A stretch of 64,000 bases of DNA, taken from NCBI RefSeq assembly GCF_964204645.1, contig NC_134029.1:12736850-12800849 (forward strand), in the 5' to 3' direction. The notes beneath the pieces are model-generated. The model saw nothing but the letters and a program-made list of their open reading frames with translations. It did not search any database and was not told where the DNA came from. This DNA is from Tubulanus polymorphus. Its lineage: Eukaryota > Animalia > Nemertea. The translations under genes and the position numbers were made by a program. Shown here in pieces: positions 33,800-47,300 of the stretch; within the stretch, counting starts at the first letter, position 1; each line of letters starts with the position of its first letter.

Positions 33800-34168
33800 T
33801 TAATCCATTTTTTTTATTGTCAATTTTGGAATTTCAGAAGTATTTTCATTTTTGATAGCAGTTGTTTCAGAATTATAAATATCATGAATTTTATTTGATT
33901 TCTTATACCAATTACACCCAATCAAAATGAATACAATTACAAATCCAACTGTAAAATATAGACATTTATCAAATATTCTATCATTAGAAGGAGTAGAAAT
34001 AACAATATTTTCACTATTTTTATTAACATTTTTATTACTTATTTTTTCTTTTACAGCTTTTTTATATTCTTGTGATTTAATTCCTAATTGCCGAGACCAT
34101 TCAATTTGTTTCTGTGATCTCGGTTTTTTCTTCACAGTTAATTCCTTCACTTCATCCACCTCGCTCAT
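33800..34168 (-). CDS. Small basic single-TM protein (C)
   Basis: KKPRSQKQIEWSRQLG resembles A/B KKARSEKQIKWARELG. Confidence 0.78.
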   Translation of the reverse strand: MSEVDEVKELTVKKKPRSQKQIEWSRQLGIKSQEYKKAVKEKISNKNVNKNSENIVISTPSNDRIFDKCLYFTVGFVIVFILIGCNWYKKSNKIHDIYNSETTAIKNENTSEIPKLTIKKMD

Positions 34169-34697
34169 TTATTATAGAAATATTTTTACTTTCAATATTT
34201 GAAAATGTTATAACCCCAGTTGATAATAATGTCATAAATTGAAATGATAAATATCCAATCCATTTATTTAATTCAGTCATAACTAAATAATCATTTTTTA
34301 AATCGGAATATAATCTATTTTCATCTTCAATTGGTAGTATATAATTACATAATTTACTATAACCTTTTACTACATTTTCTGATGTCGCGTCATTAATTCT
34401 AGCTGTTCTCGCGGCTTCATAAATCTTAAATAATCTAATAATTTCATCTGATTTCATTGTATCTAATTCATTATAAGTTAAATTTTTACCGACAAAATTT
34501 TTACATTTTCCAGATGCTATTTATATTTCCAATTGATGTTTACAATAAAGATAATATTCATAATTATTATTTGTTGTAACATTATTTAAAGCACCATCAT
34601 CTGGAATTAATTTGTTTTCTGTTATTCCTAAATCATCTAAAGTTTTTTCAATTGGAACATCACCATTTTTAGATTTTATTTTCTTTTCACCTACCAT
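34152..34697 (-). pseudogene. Homolog of the B 194-aa protein, internal stop
   Basis: TAAATG at 34697; YLYCKHQLE, LKNDYLVMTEL. Confidence 0.78.
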
Positions 34698-34711
34698 TTA
34701 TATAACAAATA

Positions 34712-35001
34712 AATTAGTTGTGTTGTTACAACTAGAATTCAACTAGAACGTAACTAGAATTCAACTAGATTAACAAGCTAGTTGAAATATTGTTGTTTTT
34801 GTTTATTTCTAGTTAAATCTAGTTGATTTTGGTTTCAACTACTAACAACTAGAATTCAACTAGAATGTAACTAGAATTAAACTAGATTAACAAGCTAGTT
34901 AAAATATTGTTAAATCTAGTTGATTTTTGTTCCAACTACTAACAACTAGAATTCAACTAGAATGTAACTAGAATTCAACTAGATTAACAAGCTAGTTGAA
35001 T
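34712..35001. repeat. Three copies of an (AACTAGAATT)-based unit
   Basis: ACAACTAGAATTCAACTAGAA[C/T]GTAACTAGAATTCAACTAGATTAACAAGCTAGTT x3 at ~115-120-bp period. Confidence 0.9.
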
Positions 35002-35610
35002 TTAAATAAATTCATATTTAAATGGGTGTTGTAATCTAAATAGTAATTTTGATCTTTTAATATTTTTCAACCTATCCATATATTCATTATGTAAATCATG
35101 CGGAATAATATCATTTTCCTCAAGCGCATTTTTCATAGATTTTCTATCTTTATTGTAGAATAAAACTAAAAATCTAATGTTTTCTCTAAAATCTTTAACA
35201 ATTGAATTATATTTTTGATTTAAAACCCATGTTGTTATCCCGAAATGTCTACCAGAAAAAGCTAAATAACATAACTCACTTTCTCTAACTTTTGAATCAT
35301 GTAGATTAGCACAATCATCTATAATGAATAATGTATTTGATCCTTTATAAATATCAATTGCTATTTTAATACAATTATCTAAATTTTCTTTTACTGTTTT
35401 AGGATCTAATATAATAAATTTATTATTCCTAGTAATATTTCTATCATAAGTTTGATTAAATTCATATGTTGGACAAAATAATACTATATTATCAAAATAG
35501 TTTTCATAAACAGTTTCTAATAAATTTAATATAAAATAAGTTTTTCCACAATTTGTTACACCAGAAATTAACATATTATGAGGCTCAAATATGAATAATT
35601 CCTTATTAAT
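35002..35610 (-). pseudogene. A32-like packaging ATPase (C; presumed start mutated TAAATG>TAAATT)
   Basis: GVTNCGKT, FIIDD, GRH. Confidence 0.9.
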
Positions 35611-35614
35611 TTAT

Positions 35615-36738
35615 ATATTTTTAATTTTACTTGATAATATCCATTCATTGAATTTATCTGGCCTTCCAACCCATTTTACTAAAGAATATTTTTTTCTTTT
35701 AATAGTTTTTTTTAAAATACTTTTTCGATTTTATATTCTTGTTCTAGATTTTCAGTAGTTAAACTTAATTCTTCTTCGTAAAAGTAGCCATCAACTTCTT
35801 CACCATCTAAATCTTCTAATTTATAAACATATGGTTTTGTTGTTATTACCTTTTTTATTTTATATATTTCCCTAGTAAAATTTCGATCGTATCCTTTGTC
35901 AAATATCTTTTTATACTTAGAAATTCTAACATTTTGACCAACTTTAAATTTAGGTTCACCAAAATCATCTACAAGAAATGCTCCATATAAATTATTCCAA
36001 ACAATTTCAGCATTTTCAGGTTTTCTAGCATCAATAGGTTTCATTCCAATAGAAGAATGATAAGAATTATTATATCCTTCTATCAATTTTGGTAAAACAT
36101 CAATCCATTTAAAAGTATTATTTGCTGTAAAATATTTCCACATTCTTGTTCTTAATGTTCTATTAAATCGTTCAACAACTGCTGCTTTTTTATCTGATTT
36201 TGTTGAAAAATATTAAATATTATGATTGTCTAAGAGTTCATGAACAAGTGAATTATCAAATTCTTTTCCATCATCAAATTGTATTTTTTCTGGTTTTAGT
36301 TTATCATCCGAAAGAAATTTTCTTAAAACATTTGATGTTTGTACAGCATCTTTTCTTTAAAGTGGGAAACTCCATATATAACGACTACAAATATCAATTA
36401 TATTCAATAACCACCAATAATCATCATTATCTTTCTTAACATTTTTCATATCAATTAAATCTCCTTGCCACTGTTGATCTACATAACTTACCATAGTTTT
36501 ACGTAGTTTTATATTTTCTAACAATTTTTTTATGTGTTGTGTATGTTGGTTGTTCTAACATAAATTCATTTATATCTTTATATTTAACTAAATTGTGTGG
36601 GATTATCTTATCTAATTTATCTTGTTTTACTTTACGCCATATATTTTTGGTAGAAGAATAAGCAACCGAACTCTCAGGGTTGTAATATAAATTTCTTAAA
36701 TATTTTTCTTTAGTATTAGGAGTTTTTTTACCTCCCAT
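35615..36738 (-). pseudogene. rve integrase plus chromodomain (C, frameshifted)
   Basis: YLRNLYYNPES, QQWQGDLID, VERFNRTL, KFKVGQNVRISK, KFNEWI fragments. Confidence 0.9.
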
Positions 36739-36768
36739 TTATATATCGTTAATTTTAACTTTATATTT

Positions 36769-38016
36769 CTAATATTGAATACTATCTAACTGTGAATTTA
36801 CAATATTTAATTGTGCATCAGATATAATATAAATGTGCATTTTAAAATTTTTGTCTCCTCTTTTCTTTTTCATGAATAATTGTATTCCATCTTTAGTATT
36901 CTGTAGTTTTTTCCCAGAACCATGTAATGAATTATCCTCTGTTGTTCTAAAATCTAACCATAATGCGTATTTATTGCCGGTATAATAATCAATTTGATTA
37001 ATATTACAATTTTCAAATGATTTTACTTTTTCATTCATAAAATGTTTTCTAATTTCTGGCCATTGATCAATCATTCTCATTCCTTGACAAAATATTTTAT
37101 TTGCTATTCCTTCGATAGTTATTTCTACTTTTGTTATTTCAGGATTATAATAATTATCTACCTTTATTGCGCCATTACAATATGTTGCAATGGTGAAAAA
37201 TATTAATATACCTTTAATAGATCTTCTTGGGAAGTTAATATTCTCATTAATTATTTCATCATTTGCATTAATAGTTACAGTTTTAAATTTATCAATATAA
37301 TCATATAATAATGAAAATCCTTGATTGTATTGAGTTTGAATTGTGCTAGCAATATTTTCATTAGTTACTGTGTCATATTCTAAACATATATTTGATAATT
37401 TATAACCCATATCTTTAACAACGCTAGATAATACAATTTCATTTACAGGAGCAAATGTTATCTCAAATATAATATCTTCTTGAATTACATATTTATATAA
37501 AGGTGCATTATTATTTATCAATTCAAAGTCTTATGGAATTTTATATTTGCTTCCATAAATCTTTTTTATCAAATTATCTGTGGCACGAGTTACTATTGCG
37601 TCATTAGCTCCTGATCTTAATTTATTATGGTTTTCTGATTGGATGCCTTGAAATATCATATTATTTCTATTTTATTTAGTTAACCATAAATCTTTATAAT
37701 GCATAAATAAATTATAATCATCTAATGAGAAAACTGTTTCTGGACCAATCTTTATAGTTAATTTTTTAATCAAAAATCTCCCAACATTATCAACAACATA
37801 ATTATTATCATGACCAATTACTTTTATATCAGCTGATAAATAAATACTATTTGGAACATAAAAAGTATTTTGTGTTAATCGAGGAATTCTAACATATAAA
37901 GTTTCATCGGGATCAATATTTGAAGGATTATGAGTAATTATATGATGTGATCTTTCTGCTTTAATAGCATTAGATATTCTAGAAATCTTAGAAGGACTTA
38001 TATAACTCCCACTCAT
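36769..38016 (-). pseudogene. Putative major capsid protein (C)
   Basis: ORFs 37672-38016 and 36769-37521 are nearly identical to the A/B MCP. Confidence 0.8.
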
Positions 38017-38044
38017 TTATTTAACAAAAAAATTAATTATTTAT

Positions 38045-39462
38045 TTTTAATCATATTCACTAACCCAAAAATAATAGCACTTACAACTGTAATTAAAAAT
38101 AAAATAATATGTTCAGCAGCAAAGTTAAGAATATTCCCAGCAGATTTCAATATAAAACCAACAATTGATGCAATAATTCCTGGTAAAGTTGCAGCAGATT
38201 TTTCAGATAGTTCCCATAAATATTTTGCTAATTTCTTTAAACCATCTTTAACTTTATCTTGTATAGAATTATTACCTGGGGGTTTATCCGGTTTATTTGG
38301 AGTAGGAGTAGATTTTAAAGCATTTGATATTGCTAAACCAATTGTTTAAATAACATAGTTACAGCTGTTAGAATTGAAAGAATTGTTATTCCTTCTAATT
38401 TAAATAATAACTTTATTCTATCTTTCAATGATATTTCAGAATTTGGTTTTATCAATAAATCTTTAAAAATAACTTTTAATCTATTGATATTATAATCATA
38501 TGATTTTAATAATAATTTAATTTCTTCTTTTTGTAATTCTATGTTATATTCTAAATCATCAATTTCTTTTTCTAAATATGCATTTCTTTTTTTAAATTCA
38601 ATTTCTTCAATAACTTTATTATCTCTATCTAATTTTAGTTGTTCCGATTCTTTTCTTGATTTAAATAATTCATCTTCTAAAGTTCTAATTTTTAAATCTC
38701 TTATACTTTTATCATGCGCAATTTTATCAGATGCAAGCCTTATACTTTTAATTTCTCTAATTGCTTCAACAGAAAATATATTATTCAAATCTTCTAATTG
38801 TTGATCTGTTGCATCAATTAATCCATTCGGTAAAAGTTTTTCAATTGAAACTTTATTTGATTTAAGTTTACTAGTTTTGGAAGTTATATTCTGTTCAGAA
38901 GTTTTTTCTGTTTCTGATTTCGTTTTGATTATTTCAAATAATTCATTAATTCTTTGTTTAAATACGTCTATATCATTATCAGTTAATTCTTGTTTTATAA
39001 CATCAGTTATTACATTACTATTACTTATTCTTTTAATTCTATCTGGATCTAATTTTCTCAAAGTTAATTTTGTTATTATTTTTTTTTATAAGTGATATCA
39101 ATATAATAATCATCTTTCAAACGATAATAACATTTACCATTATCTAAAAATTTTAATTGATCTGCTAAAAGTCCAACGTCTTCATCATTTATGTTAAGTT
39201 TAGATTTTTCAATTAAATCTTCTAATTTAGGTATTTTGTTTAAATTATCTAAATCTTGTTTTACTAAATCTGGGTCTAAATTTTCAGGATTTAATTGTGA
39301 TTCTGCATTTTTAATATAATCAGGCATATTTAAATTATTATTATATTCTGGCTCATTACCATCATCAAAACTTGTTTCACTAAAATCAGGTTGTTGTTCA
39401 TCAGTTATACCAGGTTCATCAAAAGGATCCATTCCAATATCTTCTCCACCTTCTACATCCAT
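38045..39462 (-). pseudogene. Acidic/coiled-coil/multi-TM protein (C)
   Basis: MDVEGGEDI start; divergent middle; C-terminus matches A/B. Confidence 0.8.
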
Positions 39463-39484
39463 TTATATAATAAAAAAATTAAAA

Positions 39485-40884
39485 TTAAAAATAAAATATT
39501 CCTCCTATAACAATTCCTATACAAGTTAAAGCTAATTTAGTATTTTCATGTAATTTATTATCATTATCAGTTTTAATTATATCATGTTGAATATTATCAG
39601 TTTTAATATTTTCTGTAGTATTGTAATCTTTTATTTTGGAGTCATTATCCAATTTAATATTCTTAGTTTTAGTTTCTGTTGATTGAATATGTTTTTTATT
39701 TTTTTCACCTTCCATTAATTTTGGAGCAGTGATAATCTTTTTATTTATATCATTTAATCCAAATGAATTATTTATTGTTGCAGTTTTAATTAGATTATTA
39801 TAACCAATTATATTTCCCATCTTTAATACTAAATCATTAGAAATAATAAATAGATTAGGGCCTATACAATAATTTAATCTAATATGTGATTTATCTAAAT
39901 AATTTTGATATCTTACAATGTTTTCTGGAATCGATCTATTTTTATCATTATGAATGGAATCTTCAAATAATCCTTTAAATTGTTTCTGCGTCAAATCAAA
40001 TGAAATGTATCAAATGACGTATTTAAATTTCCAATTATTGGGGATCTTGTTTCAACTTGCGCACCTAAAATATATATCAAATAAGTTCTAATAGATTGAT
40101 TTATTCTTTGTATACCTGATTTTGTAAAACCTTCATTATTTTCTAAAATGAAATAAACCCAACCATTATTGTTTTCTTGTTTTAAATTATCATAAAATGT
40201 CGGTAATTTATTGAAATTTAATGTTTCTAAATCCTTTGCTTCTATTTTACCATTACCTAATTTATTACTATAGATATTATAAAAACTATTAGATGGTATG
40301 GGAAGTGCACAATATTCTGCAATCTTTTTAGGGCAAGGAAGTGATCTTATTGTTCCAATTTTTGTTCTAAAATCAGAATTATTTATATCTATATTAAATT
40401 CATTACAAATTTTATAAAACTTTGATAAATTAATATTATTATCTAATTCTTTAAAATACCTAGATCCTGGTAAAGCGCACTCTAATTCATTTAATATTAT
40501 TCTGATTTGAAAGTATGTATGAAATCTAAATAAACTTTGAATTAATTTATATTTAGAATTATTCAAATGATCATTCCAACTAATTCCACAACCTGTTGTT
40601 GCACAATAAACAGCAAAATTTAATTGTTTCTGCCAATACTTCATATTAGATTTTAATAACCATTGTTTTTCATCTTTCAATTTTTTAAAATTAATTAAAT
40701 ATACATGAAATATATTTTCCATCTTTGCATTAAAATTATTAGTTTCAGTAACATAAATTTCTAAATTAGTTAATGAATCTAAAACTTCATTTCTATATGT
40801 AATATCTTTATTAAAATCTATTGCTGGAATATTATATTTAATTGATTTATTATATAGGAAAGCTTTTGGAAAACTATCTACCAT
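39485..40884 (-). pseudogene. Homolog of the B 462-aa protein (small frameshifting insertion at ~40000)
   Basis: Near-identical amino-acid sequence across two ORFs. Confidence 0.88.
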
Positions 40885-40900
40885 TTATATAATTAAAAAA

Positions 40901-42483
40901 TTAATAATTTATTAATTCTTTTAATAATTTATCTTGTTCTTCAACTGTTATATGACCATTTAAACTTATGATATAATCTAGTGTGTTCTTTAATTTATTA
41001 ATTTCTTTTATATTAGTTTTAATTTTTTCTTTATTACTTTTTTGACGCCTTATAAAACGTTACCATAATGAAACCTAAACAATGCTAACCATTCAGCGTC
41101 ATTTTACAAACGACAACCGTAAATCGATGTGCAAAACGTCACAGGTTTATGTGTACACATACAAGCCATTTGGCAAAATATTATTGATAAAGATGTAGAA
41201 TGGCTCCCTGTGATTATATAATGACCTATATTTGAACGTCGAAATGTTATATTGCATTGAATATCATGAGAAGACGTATTGTAATAGTAAAGGATGTATG
41301 ATTATATCAGGAGCGTCAGGCATAAATAGAAATGATAAGTAAATCGGATTTTTCGGTTCAATGGCGGATGTATACACGATTTGGAAGTCTGATATAAAAG
41401 TCAGACCCTGACATGGGGATGCTAGTGGAATGACGAAGCTATCTACGATCTGAGTAGGGCCGGCGTGAATTTCATCGGCGGCTACAAGCGGTCTATATAA
41501 AATCGTGTAAACATATAATTTCAATATTCAAATGTTTTAGAAAATATGTTCGATATTAGAGGTATGCAGGGTTCATGAGATTAGCAATTTATAATAGCAT
41601 AACTGTCATATACGGCTCCGCGTCCACTGATGGCATGTGTATAAGGTGACAATTCAATTCAATACTTTATTGATCCTAATTTCATTGAAATTCCGGGATA
41701 AAATTCCCAAATTCAATAAAGTTACAAATTTTAAACTAAGAAAATACAAAATACAAGACACACGGGTAATTCATACAGAATAACATGAATAAGTTATTTA
41801 AATGACAATGTCTACTTCAACCCAGACTCAAGTCTAGGATATCGAGTGACAGTCAAACCGGGATCCCGCCGGTCGACCGGGCCGGCTGGCTACACGATAT
41901 GCTCGAAGTCATGATGAAGCAGACATCAGAAGAGCTCTTTCTTCAACCATGGAGGCAATGAAGTTGCAGACCAGCTTAGAGGCAAAATTGAATCGAAATC
42001 GGTCACAAGTTGACAATTTTTTTTTTAATTAGACCAGTCGAAGATTGTATCATCTACCCAATCGCCAAATCTCATAATTCCCCAAATTTCTTAAAACTTC
42101 GATTTCAAATTTGCAATTCCACATTAGCTTATCCCAGAAATTCTACATTTTTTCGCAGGCGTCAAATAATTTATTAAAGTTAATTTTCTTAATTTTCTTA
42201 TATTTAATTTTGAACTTATACCAGTTAAAACACTTGAACTTAATCCTAACACACCAATTGATATAGCTAAAGGTGTTAATGGACTGAATATTGCTAGAAA
42301 TGTTATTACAGAACTAATTGTAACCGAACCACTTACAATCAAATAATATATAATTTTACTTTTTAGATATTTTTTCTTTTTAACTTTTAAGTCACTTTCA
42401 AATTCTAATATTTGTTTTTCTAAATATATTTTTAATTTAGTTTTATTTATATCATGAGGAATAATATCAATATTATCTTCCAT
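40901..42483 (-). pseudogene. Homolog of the B 144-aa two-TM protein, split by an insertion
   Basis: ...SSKLNI | KSNKEKIKTNI... on either side of 41041..42199. Confidence 0.85.
41041..42199 (+). mobile_element. Non-autonomous Helentron/HINE-like insertion
   Basis: Inserted in a T-run with no obvious TSD; TTGACGCCT at the 5' end and subterminal AGGCGTCAA at ~42157; higher GC than the flanks. Confidence 0.65.
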
Positions 42484-42502
42484 TTATTTAGAAAAATAAT
42501 TA

Positions 42503-42925
42503 CTAATTAGTAAATTTATATGCTACATATATAACAATAACAGTTCCACCTAAAATCCATATTATTTCATATTTCTCTTGTTCTTTACTTGGGGTATAAT
42601 AATCTGATAATTTAGGTTTGTATAGATGTAATTTTTCTTTATTGGTTACCGCGTTATATAAACTCATTGCATCATCAACTGATTGAAAATCTCTATGTGA
42701 AATCTTCCGATCATATAATTCCTTGTTAATATAATCCATATAGTTTTGCCTCTTTTCTCTATATTCTTCTGCAGCTTTATTGTATTTCTCTAATGCTAAG
42801 TTATGTCTTCTTTGTTCTCCTAATGAACTATTTTTATCAATATGTTTAGATAAATATCCACCACCAGTAAATGCCAAAGTGTTAACAATTGCCGATCCTA
42901 TAATAGTTATAATTGCAGAAGCCAT
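42503..42925 (-). CDS. Homolog of the B 140-aa protein
   Basis: Near-identical translation. Confidence 0.85.
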   Translation of the reverse strand: MASAIITIIGSAIVNTLAFTGGGYLSKHIDKNSSLGEQRRHNLALEKYNKAAEEYREKRQNYMDYINKELYDRKISHRDFQSVDDAMSLYNAVTNKEKLHLYKPKLSDYYTPSKEQEKYEIIWILGGTVIVIYVAYKFTN

Positions 42926-42949
42926 TTATTTAGTAAAATAATTACGCAT

Positions 42950-43171
42950 TTATATGGGAGGAATATATTTTTGTTTTTCCAAATAATCAATAGTTAAATT
43001 AGATAAAGTAATTGCTAATGTTAATTTTAAAATATCATTTATATCAAATCTATCAACATTAACACTTCCCATTTTGAATACTTTTTTTAATACCATTGAA
43101 TAACCAACAGTTCCAACTGATAGTAATGCTCCATTATATAATCCAGTTATTATCCACTTATTATCACTCAT
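42950..43171 (-). CDS. Homolog of the B 73-aa hydrophobic protein
   Basis: Near-identical translation. Confidence 0.85.
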   Translation of the reverse strand: MSDNKWIITGLYNGALLSVGTVGYSMVLKKVFKMGSVNVDRFDINDILKLTLAITLSNLTIDYLEKQKYIPPI

Positions 43172-43174
43172 TTA

Positions 43175-43520
43175 TTAATCAAAAAAATTACTATCTTCAA
43201 AATATTTAGTTATCTTAGTGATGATTAATTCAACATTTATTTCATTACTACTTTTATGATTATCATATATTTCGGTTAATATATTTTTAATATCATCTAT
43301 GATAAAATCTTCATCTAATTCATAAAATCTTAAAGATTCTCTAATTAAATTAGTAATCTTTTCTACATTTAAAGTTTCTTTATCTATTGTTAAATGTTGT
43401 TTCATTAGAAAATGCAATATTTTTGATATGTGTAATTACATCATTAATGTTAAATTTCATTTCTTTCTCACGTTTAAAATCAAATCCAAAACTTATACTC
43501 GGTCCAACAGTTATATTCAT
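43175..43520 (-). pseudogene. Homolog of the B 114-aa protein (frameshift)
   Basis: TAAATG at 43520; ESLRFYELDEDFIIDDIK. Confidence 0.78.
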
Positions 43521-43536
43521 TTATATAGTGAAAAAA

Positions 43537-44307
43537 TTACTCTTTACATCTTATAACTAATTCATAAATTACAGGAAAGTTATTCAAATCAATTAAATAA
43601 CCATTATGATTTCTTATTTCTAATTTAAAATTATTGAAATGTGGAATACAAGGTTTAAAATCACATTCAGCTAAATTATAATTTACTTGCGTTCCAAATT
43701 CTTTAACATTCTTCAATGGTAAAATGTTTAGTAAACCAGAATTACAAATTGTATCTTTAGTTGCTTCAAATGTTTTTGTTGGGTCAATTAAATTGCAATA
43801 AATATAAAAATGTGTAAAAGGTATTAAGTTTGATTTACCTTCTGCGTATGCTGTAACAATATCTGGGTTAATTCCTAACAGTTTACCTAAAGGTTTTCTT
43901 ACTGTAAATTTAAATTGTTCATTGTTAAATTGGTCATTAGCTAACCTAATCTTTATTTTATTAGAACTAGCACTTTTTAAAATTCTAATACTAAATCCGG
44001 AATCACTTCCTAATTTAACTCGAGCTTTTCTATTAATTTCTTGTGCTAATGTATCTAAATTATATAATCCTGGTTTTAAATATATACAAAACCATTTTTT
44101 CCTTTTTTTGTAAAAGATTGGAAAAATTAAATGTTCTAGACTTTTATCCGATATATTGTAAAATGAGTTACATAAACTTATATTTACTAATTTCAAATCT
44201 ACACAATTCTTAAATTCTATATCTAATTGTATTAATAAATTATGAGATTTATAATTTGTAAGTCTTCTAGAATCAACAAATATTCTGTATTCTTTTAATT
44301 CTGCCAT
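43537..44307 (-). CDS. Putative minor capsid (penton) protein (C)
   Basis: Termini nearly identical to B 17070..17825, variable centre. Confidence 0.8.
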   Translation of the reverse strand: MAELKEYRIFVDSRRLTNYKSHNLLIQLDIEFKNCVDLKLVNISLCNSFYNISDKSLEHLIFPIFYKKRKKWFCIYLKPGLYNLDTLAQEINRKARVKLGSDSGFSIRILKSASSNKIKIRLANDQFNNEQFKFTVRKPLGKLLGINPDIVTAYAEGKSNLIPFTHFYIYCNLIDPTKTFEATKDTICNSGLLNILPLKNVKEFGTQVNYNLAECDFKPCIPHFNNFKLEIRNHNGYLIDLNNFPVIYELVIRCKE

Positions 44308-44374
44308 TATTTATAACATAAAAAAATTACACTCATCACTAAAAATTAATTTTAATAAAATTTTTCCTAAATAA

Positions 44375-47300
44375 ATGGATGAGAAGATAGCATGCGAAAT
44401 TTGTGGTGAACTTCTAAGAAAAAGTAATATGGCTCGACATATGAAAAAACATGATGAAAATTATAAACCCCCTAAACTAAACTGCCCAAAATATAATAAA
44501 TTATTCTCAAGAAATTATGTTAAAAAACATTCAGAGAAGTGTAAAATTAATGGCGCAACGGCTAATGTTGATAGTAATGAAAGTAATAGTAATTCTGTTG
44601 AAGTTGAACCTGAAGGTATTTGGAAAAGACCTTTCTTATTCTATGATAAGGATGATATAAAAGATCATTTCTGTGAGCCTTGTCAAGTAAAATATAGACC
44701 TGAATATATAGAAGATAGGGAGAATCATCAATTTCGTAAAGCACATATAGATAAAATTTCTAATAAATTTGAAACTGAATTCAATGAAAGAAAAAATAAT
44801 TTATTAGAAAAAATAAAATATGAGAAAACGTTACCAGATAATAAAGAAACAGTTGAAAAGTTAGAAAAACAATATAATGAATTAACAAGAAAAACATATT
44901 ATTGTAAATATTGTAAATTGATTATTACAACAAGTAATTCAAATCTACATAATAGAACAATAAAACATAAAGAAAACGTAAGAAAATACCAATGAGCTTA
45001 ATGAAGATCTGTTACCAATAAATTATAAACGAAAATGTCCACAATGTAGTTATGCGACCTTAAGACAAGAAGGTACTGTGTTATTTTGTAATGAATGTGG
45101 ATGGCAAAAGAATTTATGGAGTGAAGAAAAAACTAGAAATTTTCTCATAGATCCAAAATTAAATTATCTAGATGAAATTTTTAAAATATTTTCTATAGAA
45201 GATCATACACCAGAATATATGCAATGGCTTGAAAAAATGAAAATAATAGAAAATAACAAGAGCTCCAAGGGGCACAATGGCCAGCCTGTCAGATTTGCTT
45301 TTTATAAATGATGTATTCTGTTTGTTATATTTATCAATATACACTCCCTGCTCAATATCATTTACATAGTAAAATCGTGTGTTAACACAGACAGCAGGAA
45401 CGAATGTAATATAGAAATACGAAGTTATTGTATTGTTCAACGCCCCCTGGTGGCCATATACAAAAACCAATGAGCTTGAAACTCACCAAGATCATAGACC
45501 ATGTCATGAGCTACAACTTTCCAATTGATTGTGGTAGCAAAATATGCATAGGTACGAATGTAATATAGAAATACTAAGTTATTGTATTGTTCAACGCCCC
45601 CTGGTGGCCATAAACAAAAACCAATGAGCTTGAAACTCACCTCGATCATAGGACGTCATGAGCTACAACTTTCCAATTGATTATAGTAGCAAAATATGCT
45701 TAAGTATCAATTATGATGTGGAAAAACTTTTTTCCACCTACGAATGAGTACTGATGACTCCAAGATGGCCGCCAAGTGCGTCGTAATTGCCTGGTCAAAA
45801 ATACCCTCTCGGATATAAAAGATCCCTTTCCAAAGAATACCCATTACAAATTGCAATGAAACATGGCACACCATTAGAAAGCTACAGTACTCAGAATTCA
45901 GGCCAAAATTGACATTTTTGGGAACAAAAAAGGTCACAGTACAGCCATCTTGAGTCCGATCGACCCAATTTTTCTCATGCCGATGGGCCCTTGGGGGATA
46001 CAAATATATAGGAATGATCAAGGTTATTGATAAAAGTGTCTTCAAAATTTCCCTCGAAAACTTCAAAAATGTGTAAAAATTGCTGATTTTGGCGAACAAC
46101 AATGGCTGCCAGTCGGCCATCTTGTATCTGACAGGGCCAGTTTTTGGCCTGAAGATGTGTCTAGGGTAGATACACGTATAAACCAAATATCAAGACATTA
46201 CCTTGAAGCCTCTTCAAAACTTTGGAACTCTCACGAACTATCTAGATGGTTATCTCTCGACCTCAATAGCTTCAAGACCCATCTCAAAACAACTTTGTTC
46301 CATGCAGCATACCATTAACTCTCGGAAAGCGAATTGTATTTAACATTTTTTTGGCAGAATAAAATTTGATTGAATTTGCAATATGGGCACATGGCTAATT
46401 AGCATATCAAGGTCATACACCCGATTTGGTAAAACCATTTTTTTCGCGAACCTTGCGCAATTGTCAAGGATGAATTTTCTGTAGAGCAAATAAAAATTCC
46501 TCCCAAACACCAAATCAACTAAAGATTTCATAGAAATCGATCTTGAAATACAATTTTAAATCTTAAAATAAAACCCGGAAGTAAAACAGTAGACGATACC
46601 GCGGGTTCACGTGAACACCTGATTTCTGTAAACGAAATGTTGGTTGTGACAAAATTGTTCAGACGGTTTTAGGTGGTAATAAGTACGGAAACGTAACGAC
46701 CATGGTCGACTTATTCGATGAAATCAGGCCTATGTGATATCCAAATTTTGACTTTTTTATTCTCCAGACCTCCCTGATATAGAAATAAAAAATTTTGGTG
46801 GTACGAAAGTGCAATCACAGCGCCGACGGGGACAGAGCCGTGTCAGAGATCGGCGGAATGAAAATTGAGGTGGACGAACACGAAGAAGTAGGCTATTGCG
46901 CTACTTGAATCACGAAAACTCCTGGCGCGGCCCCGACGCTTTTCGTGGATTAAGTAATACAAATATCATGCAATGGGTTTTCACAATCTACCGCTGCCGT
47001 ATTTACCGGATTTCAATATCACTCCAAAATTCAAAGAAACCTCGAAATATCGAACCGGAACACTTCCGGTAGATATCCGCGGCTGCCCAACCGGGAAACT
47101 TATTTGTTTCAACAGATGTTGATAGGATCCATCATCTTCACGCGTCAAGGGATTCGAACCCACTAAGCTAAAGCCAGAATCGGGTCGGGCCAATCACAGC
47201 GCTTGTAACAAACCACATTAGGCTTCTGTGGAATTTCCCAGTAAATGGGCCAATCAGCGAACACGTAGCGAACGCGGAAGTATTGTCGCGAGTTGATACA

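Noticed and set aside
45168-47193. ORFs inside the HINE insertions (also 41264-41524, 53228-53431)
   Set aside because: No Rep/helicase or other motifs; chance ORFs in non-autonomous repeats.
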